In this document: positions 37,621 to 48,760 of the stretch, in pieces
Layout: each line of letters starts with the position of its first letter
Numbering within the stretch: the stretch's first letter is position 1
NCBI GenBank assembly: GCA_013239625.1
Contig: MU053557.1
Location: 875,063 to 939,062 of the forward strand
Direction of reading: 5' to 3'
From: Lama guanicoe
Lineage: Eukaryota
Length of the DNA: 64,000 bases
Position numbers and translations under genes: made by a program
The notes under the pieces: generated by a model
Database searches by the model: none
Told to the model about the DNA's origin: nothing
What the model saw: the letters and a program-made list of their open reading frames with translations, nothing else

Positions 37621-40209
37621 AATTTATTGAATTAATTGAACTTTTATTTAAAAAAGAAACCCATGGATGTAGAAAACTATACAAAGCAAAAAGTGTCACA
37701 ATGAATTATTCTAAAGCAAACATTTTTGTAATTGCAGCCAGATCAAGGAATACAACACTGCTAGACACTCTAAAAGCCCCTTCCATGAGCCCCGATCCAA
37801 ACACAATACTTTTGTTCCCCCTGTAAGTGACCACCACCCTAACTTTTATACTGAACATTTCTTTGACATCTTTATAGTTATTCCTCCATCACTTTCTTTG
37901 CATTACAATTAAACTGTTGAAAACTCAAGCTGTTTGAACTGTGGAGTTTCTCAGAGTTTGGATGTGGCTGAATGTAAACACATCAGGTAATTCAGTGTAC
38001 TCCTCTGTCCTCTGTAATTTCTGCAAAATAGCAACTGTGTCTAGGGACTGCCTCCAATTCAGTAGATTCCTTGGCTGGATCATGGAGACACATTTCTGAT
38101 TGTCTCGCATTTTGTGAATAGTAGCCATTGATATTTAGTACCTGTATCTATTAATTCATTGTTATTTGTAAAATAGTGACATGCCGGTTCTATTATTTAA
38201 TTTTGTTATATTTATTTTTAACTCTTTATTGGGATAAAACTCACATGTCATAAAATTCACCCACTTAAAACATACAATACAAAGTTTTTAAAATATATTC
38301 ACATAGTTGAGAAAGCATCACCACAATCTAATTTTAGAATATTTCATCTCCTCCCAAAAGAAACCCTGTACCCATAGGAGTTATTTCATATCCCACCCCA
38401 CCACATCCCACCCTTAAGGCTTAGCCAACCACTAATCTATGGATTTGCCTATTCTAAATGTTTCATATAAAGGGAATCATATAATATATGTTACCTGTAC
38501 TTGATTTCTTTCACTTAACATAATGTTTTTAAGGTTCATTCATGTTGGAGCCTGTATCAGTACTTCATTTCTTTTTAATAATGAGTAACATTCTGTTGTA
38601 TAGATACGTATTGTATTTTGTGTATTTGTATTTATGACTTAATGGATATTTGAGTTGTTTTCACTCTTTGTCTATAATGAATCATGGTGCTGTAAACATT
38701 CAAATATACATTTTTGTGTGGAATATTTAAAAATTTCTCTTGGGTACACCTAGTTGTGGAATTGATGCATTATAGATTAATTTTATATTTACCTTTTTGA
38801 GAAATTGCTGAACTGTTCCAAACTGGCAGCACCATTTTACATTTCCATCTCTAAAGTATGAGGGTTTCAGTTTCTTCAGATCCTTGTTAAGACTTACCAT
38901 TATCTGACTTTTTGATTATAACCATCCTTTTAGGTGTTAAGTAGTATCTCATTGTAGCTTTGATTTGTATCTCTCTAATGACTAATAATATTGAGTGTGT
39001 CTTTATATGTTTCTTGACTAAGTGTAGATCTTCTGGAGGGGAGTGTCTGTTTAGATCCTTTGTCCATTTTTAAATTGGGTTATGTACCTTTTCTTTATTG
39101 AGTTGTGAGAGTGTTTATATATTCTAGATGCAAGAACCTTATCAGATACATGACTTACGACTGTTTTATCCCATTCTGTGGGTTATCTTCTTCACTTTTT
39201 CTGTAGTATCATTTGAAGCACAGAGTTGATAATTTTAATGTGGCTCACTTAATTTTATTGTTGTTGTTGATTCTATCTTTAGTCATATCTAAGAAACCAT
39301 TGGCTAGCCTAACAATAAAAGGATTTATTGCTGTATTTTTCCTAAGTTGTTCCTATACCATTTGTTAAAAAGACTGTTCTTTTCACATTGATTGCCTTGG
39401 TACTCTTCAAATCAAGGACTACAATACTGCTATACACTCTAAAAGCCCCTTCCAGAAGCCACAATCCAAACACAATACCTTTGTTCCCCTGTAAGTGGCT
39501 AATGGAAATCAGTAAGTATAAATGTAAGATATTATTTATGGACTCTCAATTTTATTCCATTAATTTATATGTTCATCTGTATGTATTTTCACACTATTTT
39601 GATTATGGTAGCTTTGTACTAAGCTTTGAAATCAGGATTATGAGTCCTCTGACTTTGTTCTTCTTTTTCAAGGTCATTTTGGTTCTTCTGAGTCTCATCC
39701 ATTTCCATGTGGATTTTAAGATCAGTTTGCCAGTTTCTGGGGGAAAAAACACATCTGGAATTTTGACAGGGATAGCTTTGAATTTGCAGGTTGATTCGTG
39801 GAATGCTATCATCTTAATAATATTAAGTATTCCATCCATGGACATTTCAACATTTCATTGAAGAAGGATATTTAGTTATTCTTCAATTTCTTTCAATAGT
39901 TTTTTTTTTGTAGTTTTTAGTATGCAAGACTTGCACTTCTGTTGTTAAATTTATACGGAAGTGTTGTGTTCTTTTTGATGCCACTTTATAGGTTTTCTTA
40001 CTTTCATTTTTGGATTACTCATTGGTACTATATGAGAATTCAGTAGTTCTTTTGTGTGTGTATTTATCTTGTATTCTGACACGTGCTGAGCTTATTTTTT
40101 AGGTTTAATAAGTTTTTTTTCTGAGTTCCTTTGAATTTTTTTAATACAAGATCATATCATCTTCAAAGAGATACTTTTATTTTTCACTCTCCAATCTGGA
40201 TGCCTTTTT

Positions 40210-40323
40210 TTGTTTTGTTTTCCTATTCTTTTTCATTAAAGGTTATTACAAGAGATTGAGTATAGTTCCCTGTGCTGTACAGAAGAAATATGCTTTTTAT
40301 CTATTTTGATATATAGTGGTTAA
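40210..40323 (-). mobile_element. Short young L1 3'UTR fragment, camelid-like
   Basis: tacaagagattgagtatagttccctgtgctgtacag resembles 11595-11630; interrupts the host L1 between ggatgccttt and tatttattttttcttgcc. Confidence 0.75.
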
Positions 40324-41616
40324 CCTTTTATTTATTTTTTCTTGCCTTATTGCCCAGGCTAGAAACTTCAGAATATGTGGAATAAAGTACTGAGAGTTGA
40401 CATCCTTGTCTTTGTCCCAGTCTTAGGGAGAAAGCATTCATTTTTTCACCATTAATTATGATGCTAACTGTGGGTTTCTGTGGATGTCCTTTATTTATTT
40501 GGTTGCAGAAGCTCTCTTTTCTAATTTATAGAACATTTCTATCAAAATGCTTTTTCTGTATCTACTGAGATGGTGATGTAGTTTTATCCTTTATTTTATT
40601 AAATGATTTATTACATTAATGATGTTTAGATGTTAAATTATTCTTGCATTCCTGGGCTATATCTGCATTGGTTATTATGTGTAATGCTTCCTTACATGTT
40701 TCTGGATTGGGTTTGCTGGTAAGTTGCTAAGGCTTTTGTGTCTATATTTATAAAAGATATTTTACATTATTTTCTTTCTTATATCTTTTTCTAATATCAG
40801 GGTAATATTGGCCTCATAAGTTGTGTTAGGAAGTATTTTCTCCTCTTCTATTTTTTGGAACAGTTTTTGAAAGATTGGTATTACTTGTTCTGTGAATGTT
40901 TGGTAGAATTTATCAGTAAAGACATCTTAGCCTGGACTGTTCTCTGTGGGAGATTTTTAAACTAGTAATTACATGTCTTTACTTGATAAAAACCTATTCA
41001 GATTTTCTCTTGCTTCTGGAGTCAGTTTTAGTAATTAGTGTCCTTCTAGAAATTTGTCTGTTTCATCTAAATTGTCCGATTTGTTGACATACAGTTGTTC
41101 ACCATAATTCTTTGTAATCCTTTTTTTCTTTAATTTCTGTAGTGTTGATAGTAACATTTCTTCTTTCATTCCTGATTTTAATAATTTGAATCTTCTCTAC
41201 TGTTTTTGTTCAGTAGAGCCAAATGTTTGTCAGTTTTTATCAATTTTGTTGAGTTTTTTTCAAAGAACCAACAATCGGTTTTGTTGATTTTTCTCTATTT
41301 TTTTCTATTTTGTATTTCATTTATGACTACTGGAGTAGTCATTATTTCCTTTTTTGTTTGGCCTTCTTGGGTTTTGTTTGCTCTTCTTCTTCTAATTTCT
41401 TAAGGTAGAAGTTTAGGTTAGTGATTTGTGATCTTTCTTCTTTTATATATAGCCATTTTATATAGCCATTTCCAGATATAAATTTCTCTCTGAGCACTGA
41501 TTTGATTAAATCCCATAGGTGTTGTTACGTTGTATTTCCATTATCACTCATCTAAAAGTATTTTCTAATGTACCTTGTGTTTTTTACTTTACCATTTTGT
41601 TATTTAATAATAATTT

Positions 41617-41679
41617 GCAACATTATGCTGTACACCAGAAATTGACACAATATAAACTGACTATACTTCAATTTAAAAA
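41617..41679 (+). mobile_element. ~60-bp young L1 3' terminus, camelid-like
   Basis: attatgctgtacaccagaaattgacacaatataaactgactatacttcaat plus A-tail; 8-bp TSD aataattt; similar to the reverse complement of 11475-11535. Confidence 0.85.
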
Positions 41680-42064
41680 AATAATTTAATTTTCACTGAC
41701 TGATTTCTAATTAAATTTTACTTTGATTGAAAACATGCTTTGTATGCTTTCAGTCCTTTTATATTTTTCAAGACTTATTGTATGGCCTAGCGTATGTTCA
41801 TCCTGGAGAATACTCCTGTGCAATTGAGAAGAATGTAAATTCTGCTGTTCTTGGATGAAGTGTTCTATATATTTTTAAATACTTAATCTATTTATATTAT
41901 TGTTCAAGCTTTCTTTTAATTTACTCTTCCTAGTTTGTTTTAACTGTTACTGAAATTAGGTATTGAAATCTCCAACTATTATTGTTGAATTTTGTTTTTA
42001 TTTTCCTTCAATTCTGTCAGATTTTACTTCATGTATTTTGGGGATGTACTTGTCATTATATATA

Positions 42065-42232
42065 CAGTTATCCTTAGTATCCATGGGGGATTGGTTCCAG
42101 GACACTTATGTGGATACGAAAATCTGCAGATGTTCAAGTGCCTCGTATAAAATTATGTAGTATTTGCATATGACCTATGTATATTCCCCCAAATACTTTA
42201 AATCATCTCTAGATTACTTATAATACCTAATA
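42065..42232 (+). mobile_element. MER2 (Tigger-derived MITE) 5' half
   Basis: TA then cagttatccttagtatccatgggggattggttccaggac; tactttaaatcatctctagattacttataatacctaatac. Confidence 0.9.
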
Positions 42233-43919
42233 CATTAATCTGGCTACGACAGCTCTTTTATGGTTGTTGTTTACTTGGTATATCTTATTCTATACTTCTA
42301 TTATTTGTATCTCTGCATCTAAAGCAAATCCCCTACACAAAGCATACAGTTGGATCGTGTACTATATTCCATTTCATAGTCCTTGCCTTTTGACTGCATT
42401 GTTTAAACCATTTACATATGTTATTTATATGGTTAGATTTATATCTGCTATTTTGTTTTTTTGTTTTCTATGTGTCTCATGTATTTTTTTTAATATTTTT
42501 TCTCTTTGTTACCTTCTTTTGTAATAAGTGTAATTTTTAGTGTACCATTCTTTCCTTTTTGAATTTTTAAATTTCTTTTCATAGTGGTTGCTTTAATCCT
42601 TATAATAAACATTTTAATTTATCATGATTTATTTCAGATATATTCACAGCCTCAGGGAAATATAGAAATGTTACTTTTATGTGATTCCATTCCTTCCCAT
42701 CTTTCCACTGTTTTGGTACTTTTACTGTTTTCCATTTTATGTTTATATATGTTGCCAATCAAACAATATGTTGTTATAATTCTCACTTTGCATAATCTTA
42801 TATCTTTTAATGAAGCTACGAGAAGAAAAAGTGAGTATATGTTTACTGAGTTTGCTATGTTAACTTTCTTATTTGCTCCTTCTAGTTCTCTACTTACTTT
42901 CTTTGGATTTGAGTTGGTTTCATTTTCTTAATCTAGTACTGCTTTGTTCTGACTAGTCTCTCTGTGTGTTATCATCAAATGTATTTTGTATAATATAGGA
43001 TTCATGTTACAATTATATCATACTGTTTTATGTAATTGCTTTGTAAATCAGTAAAGAGAACAAAAGAAATGAAAAAAGTAATTATACTATCTTTTGTGAC
43101 TACCTATGTAATTACCTTTAATGGCACTTTTTGTTTTATCACGTGGATTCCAGTTACCATCTGGTATCACTTCCTTTTTAGCATGAAAACCTTTAGTTTT
43201 TTTCTGGCAAGGAAAATCTTTTAGTAAGAAATTCTCTTAGGTTTTATTTGCCTGGGAATGTTCTGTTTGTTTGGTTTTGGTTTTGGTTTTGGTCTTTTGC
43301 CTTCATTTTAAAAGGATAGTTTTGCTGCATATAGTATTCTTGGCTGATAGTTTTTACTTTTAACACTTTGGCTCTGTCATCCCACCGCATTCTCACTTCC
43401 CTTGTTTCTGGTGAAGTCAGTTGTTAACCTTATTGGAGTTTTTGTACATGATGAGTCATTTTTCTCATCCTGCTTTTAGCATTTGTCTTGGTCTTTCAAC
43501 CCTTTTACTATGATGTGTCTTGTGTATCTCCGTATTTATCCCACTTGGAGTTTGTTGAATTTCTTGAATATGTAAATTAATGTTTTTAATCAAATTTGGA
43601 AATATTTTAGCCATTACTTCTTCAAGTATTTTTTTCTCTTTCTCTCTTCTTTCCTTCTGGTATCCTTACTATGCATATTTTGGTGTCAAGATAATGAATT
43701 GATCCTCTGTCATCCTCTATATATTATAAGTTACAATTTTTTTTTTTTTTTACTATCGTCATAAACTCATGGATTTAAACTTATTTGAGGGGTTGAAATC
43801 TATTGCATTTATTATTATTGTGAAGCTACAATTGTTCTATCTTTGGCCTGTGGGAGCTTCTTCAGTTGGCTTCTGAGCCCTCTAGATATGAGTTTAACAG
43901 TCACTGATGCCTTAATGTT

Positions 43920-44231
43920 GCACACATGCTTGACTAGGAGTCAGAGAAGCTGAAGAAGGGTATTTAATAGGAACTGAAGGGTGTTGGGACCTGGCTGATG
44001 CCAGATACCAACAAGATGAGCTAGCAGCCAGCAACTACATAGGCCAGCTATAGTAGTACATGAAGTCCCATACTGACACTTACTGAATAATGGCTGCAGT
44101 TTTACTTCTACCTTCCAAATTTTATGCAAATTTCTTTTATAAACAACTCTAATCTAGGAATATACAGAAGGAGGAATTCTGGAAAACACAATTCTAGCTT
44201 GGTTAAATTGACACGGTAGTAAACTACCACT
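43920..44231 (-). mobile_element. ERVL-type LTR fragment (LTR33/LTR41-like)
   Basis: ccttccaaattttatgcaa...ggaattctggaaaacacaattctagcttggttaaattgacac...taccac. Confidence 0.55.
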
Positions 44232-45772
44232 TCAAATAAATACGTAGTTAATGTTAACCACAAGTTTTTATCTTGCTACCTCTTTAGTGATTTTGGTTAG
44301 CCAAGTCTTTTTCTATTATAGATTTTACGGAAAGTTCTCAAGAGAATATTCCCTTAGTTCTTACAATTAAAAATAATTTGTGCCATTTATACCTGTTAGT
44401 TTTGCTAGATATAAAATTTTAGCTTATATCTTCTTTCCTTGAATAGCATAAATATGATACTTCATTTTCCTCTGACATAAAGTATTGCTGTCAAAAAGTC
44501 TGTTGATAATTTAATATTCTTTACCTAATGAGCCACATATTTTTTCTTTTCCCTGAATTCATATGTACATATATGAAATATTTGTATTTTCTTAATTCAT
44601 GTATCTTAATACTTTCTCTGTTCCCTTGCTTTAGTTTTCTTTTTTAGCAATGCTTGTTACCTGCTTATTGAAAAATGTTTGCCTATGCTCAGTATTTCTC
44701 ACTTCCTTTAGAACCTTTTTGATTTCTTAGTTTTAAATTTTTCTAAGTATCCTTTTTTCACCTTTTATTTCTGTTAAAACATCTATTGTGTTTTTACACT
44801 CTTGTGTTCTTTCTAGTTTAATCTTTATTTCTTAAATTATTTATTCCTTTGTTATAATTCTTTCATAAATACTTTCATCTAAATTCTGTGTCTTTTCTAT
44901 TCCAATTTGTGTTGTTCTTCAGTGTTTTGTATTAATCTCTTAATGTATTTGAACTCATTTTGTAACAGTGCATTATAGTTTTAATCTCTGTTACGTGGAT
45001 GTTATTCTGGCGTGCATTCATTGTCTGTAAATATGTTATTTTGCTCTTTTTTTTTTCCTATTCCTTATAATATGTTTGGAAGTTGTTACTCTCTCACTTA
45101 GTCTTACTTTTTTATATTGTTGCATAGAATTTGAGCTCAACATTTTATGTTGCTCGTTTTTATGGGAAATTATCTTCCTGACCTTCTAAAATGAGGTGAG
45201 GTTTGGGAATGTTCTAATTGTACAGAGCTCTCCCTTCTGTTGTTTTGGTATAATGTTTAAAAACAGGATTGCTGCTTTCTCAGATTTCCTGGCTATGTTC
45301 TCCTCATTTTGACCTATACTTTCTTTTTCTTTCTGTTTTCTCTTACTTAGTGTTTATTCCATTCCCAGTAGTTTCTTCTCAGTAGAGGACGTGTCTTAGA
45401 AAGGAGTCCTGGTTGGTCAGTCATTAGGGATTGCAGGGGCTAGAGTGCTCCTGTAGGTTCAGTCCACGCTGTGGGCCCTCCAGCCGTATTGGAGGGGGAA
45501 AAAAAGTCCCAGTGTCTGCTGCTCCTTTCTGATTGGCTTTCTGTGCTTTCCAGAGCTTGTCTGTTGTCTCTCTCAAGGTTCTTCTATTCTCCAATCCTTT
45601 AGGTCCCACTGTGTTGCTTCTTTCCCCACAGATGTCATTGTCCTACAGGTCATATGGCTATAGATGGTTTGTCCACTCCTGCTTGTATTTGTTATTTGTG
45701 CAGTTATCTTGTTGTCTAGTTTTAAGTATCGTCCATGAATTTTGTTTTGCCACTTTTTTCTCTCTTGAATTC

Positions 45773-47275
45773 TATTTTGTTTTTCAGCATTTTGAGATAC
45801 AACTGACAAATAAAATGATAAGATACTTAAAGTATACATTGTGATGCTTGACACACACATATGCATGGTGAAAGAATTCCTCCCATCTGGTTAAATACAT
45901 GCATCACCTTATTTATTTATTTATTTTAAGAACATTTAAGTTCTACTCTTTTAGCAAATTTCAGTAATACACTACTTTGTAATCAACTATTGTCATCATA
46001 TTATGTTAGATCCTCAGACCTCATTCATCTTAGAGCCGAAAGTTTGTACCCTTTTACCAACTTCTTCCTACTTACCTCATCCCTACCCCTTAGCAGCCAC
46101 TTTCTTACTACCTATTTCTATGAGTTTGACTTTCTTTTTTAGGTTCTAGATATAAGTGAGACCATGCACTATTTGTCTTTGTCTGACTCGTTTTGCGTAG
46201 CATTATGTCCTCAAGCTCCATCCATGTTGTCACAAATGGCAACATTTCCTTCTTTCTCTTGACTGAATAATATTCCATGGTATGTATTTATAAATATATA
46301 TTATATGCATAACAGTTTCATTATCCATTCATGTAGAGATGCACACTTAGGTTATTTACATACCTTAGAAATTGTGAATAATGCTGCAGTGAACATGGGA
46401 GTGTAGATATCTCTTTACAATCCTGATTGTATTTCCTTTGGATGTATACCCAGAAGTGGGATAACTAGATTATATGTTAGTTCTGTTTTTTAATGTTTTG
46501 TGGAAAGTCCATACAGTTTTCAATAGTAGCTGTTCCAATTTACATTCCCATCAAGAGTGCACAAGTGTTCCCCTTTCTCCACATCTTTACCAACACCTGG
46601 TATTTCTTGTCTTTTATTTTTTGATTGCCATCCTAGCAGGTGTAAAGTAATATCTCATTGTGGTTTTGATTTTCATTTCCCTGATTATTAGTGATGTTAA
46701 GTACCTTTTCATGTACCTGTTGGTTATTTGTATGTCTTCTCTGAAAAAATGTCTATTCAATCCTCTGCCCATTTTTTAACCAGATTTTTTGGGGTTGTTT
46801 TTTTGTTTTGTTTTGTTTTGCTTTAAGTTGTGTGAGTTCTTTATATATTTTGGTTATTAACCCCAATCAGGTGTATGATTTGTAAATATTTTCTCCCATT
46901 ACCTAGATTGCCTTTTCATTTTGTTGATGGTTCCTTTTGCCGTGCAGAAGCTTTTTAGTTTGGTGTAGTCCCACTTATTTATTTTTGCTTTTGTTGCCTT
47001 TGCCTTTGGTGTCAGGTCCAAAAAACTCATTGCTAAGATTGATGTGAAGTAGTTTAAATCATACATTTTATTCTAGGCGTCTTATGGTTTCTGGTTTTAA
47101 ATTTAAGTCTTTAACCCATTGTGAGTTGCTTTTTGTGTATACTGTAATGTAGGGGTACAATTTCATTCTTTTACATGTGGCTGTCCAGTTTTCCTAGAAC
47201 CATTTATTGAAGAGACTGTCTTTCCCCCATTGTTTATGCTTGATGTCTTTGTCACAAATTAATTGACTATATATG
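45773..47275 (-). mobile_element. Nested L1MA8/9-like LINE-1 3' fragment
   Basis: ttttgagatacaactgacaaataaaa; acatttaagttctactcttttagcaaatttca; gtgcagaagctttttagtttg; ORF2 remnant IYSQLICDK...[10 protein letters not shown]. Confidence 0.9.
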
Positions 47276-47359
47276 CTGGTTTTGAAGTTGCCTCTTGTTA
47301 TTTGGGTTTTCAAAGTGTTTACAAACAGTGCTGCTGCCTCTTTCATTTCCCCCAAATCC

Positions 47360-48080
47360 TGCAGAATAATCTTTTGAAAACACAAATCTAAATATGACAC
47401 CCCTGTGCTTTAAAAATAATGATTTGACATTTTTTTTATTATCCTTAGATGAAGTTCATGTTTCTTATAATGGCCTAGAAGAGTGGCTTTCAAACTTTGC
47501 TTTGTATTGGAGTTACTTAGAGTGTTTTAACAACCCTGATGCCTAGATTGTACCCAAGACCAATTAAATTAGAAGCTCTGAGAATGAGACCAGGCATTCG
47601 TATTTTTTTAAAGCTCCCCTAGATGATTCCAGTGTTTGTGAACCATTGACTAGCAGGCCCTTTACCATCTGATCTAGCACTTGTTGATTTCTTCATCTCT
47701 CCGTGTTGATGTTGCCTGACAAGCCCACATATAATCGATGCATTAGTCATATCAAACTACTTCTGGTGCTAACGTGCAGTACCCTGTCTCTTTGCATATC
47801 CTGTTGTCTTTGCCTCAAATTACCCCTTCCCCGTAAAATGACTGTTCATCTGATTATCACCATATAGCTTGATGGTAGCAAATCTACAGGTTATTACAGG
47901 TATCTGATTTTAACATAAGGCAAAGGACATGGCTGATTCATTGTAAATTTAGGGTTTTTTTCTTCACACTACGCCCGGTGTTGGACCCTACTGCATAGTA
48001 TTATGAACCATTTCTTGCTTGCAGACTTGCCTTCAGCTCTCTGGTTATCTCTGTGAGACTAAGTTTTGGTGTTTGAAAAG
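47360..48080 (+). mobile_element. L2 fragment, right half, interrupted by a MER5-family MITE
   Basis: cttttgaaaacacaaatctaaatatgacacccctgtgcttta; aggccctttaccatctg; ctttgcatatcctgttgtctttgcc. Confidence 0.65.
47481..47648. mobile_element. MER5-family (MER5A1/B-like) MITE
   Basis: agtggctttcaaactttg...ccaagaccaattaaattagaagctctg...aagctcccctagatgattcc...gaaccattg. Confidence 0.8.
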
Positions 48081-48559
48081 TTTATTGAGAAGGATGAGTT
48101 GCTGACCAGGACCTCTGGTGTTTACTTCTCTGAGTGATGATTTATATTCATCCTACTGGGGCTGAAGTTGGAAATTAGACCTGCCACTTTAAAATATGCT
48201 TGGTCTGGCTCTGGCATTGTGAAGAGTGGGTTCTTACCAGCGGTTGCGTTAAAACAGCATCAGAGACAAGAGCAAGCGTATTTTTTAAATGACAGCTCTA
48301 AGGAGGCGCCCTGTTTTAGATTAAATCATGATTCTGAAAGACTAAGCCCTGGATTAAAGATTTTGATTTGTCTCCATATTCTCTTAATCAAATCTCCTTT
48401 TCTGAATGCTTGTACCCGTAGGAAAAATTAGAAACCACTTTATCCTAATGGCTTTTATTGTATCACAGTAGGTTCCAGTAGATACCAAACAACTCATCTT
48501 GCTTTGAAAAAAGATAAACTTTTAGTACAACCAGTGAACCACCATGAAGCAGTTAAATA

Positions 48560-48760
48560 TAATGTCATTGATGTATCTTTATAGTTGTGGAAAGATGGTG
48601 GTATACAGTCTGAAAGGATTCACACCAACAGAGTAAACATTGTTCCCTCTTTGTGATGAAATTGTAGGCAGGTGGTTTTATGTTTTGTCAGTGTTCTTTC
48701 CTGATTTTTCTAATGTTCTTACAATGAACATCTATGTACATATATATTTAAAGAAGTTAA
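48560..48760 (+). mobile_element. Old L1ME-like 3' fragment
   Basis: ctgaaaggattcacaccaac...ttttctaatgttcttacaatgaacatctatg. Confidence 0.5.

Larger units (their letters stand above)
38205..43690 (-). mobile_element. Large nested L1MB/MD-like LINE-1 (3'UTR, degraded ORF2, upstream part)
   Basis: 3' end cataaaattcacccacttaaaa; ORF 39603..39845 translates as an ORF2 remnant (KFKAIPVKIP...KLILKSTWK...LKKKNKVRGL). Confidence 0.88.
37621..47359 (-). mobile_element. Composite L1 block: outer L1MC4-like element carrying nested younger elements
   Basis: L1MC-type 3' region at 37621-38200 and 43690-43915; antisense ORF1/5'UTR-like sequence at 44230-45770 and 47276-47359; TSD-like tgcagagtaat / tgcagaataat. 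Confidence 0.75.

Noticed and set aside
39388..39861. 157-aa hydrophobic plus-strand ORF
   Set aside because: Antisense reading of L1 ORF2 plus the templated insert; hydrophobicity comes from T-richness.
41447..41472. Tandem duplication of atatagccattt
   Set aside because: Ordinary slippage duplication inside a dead L1.
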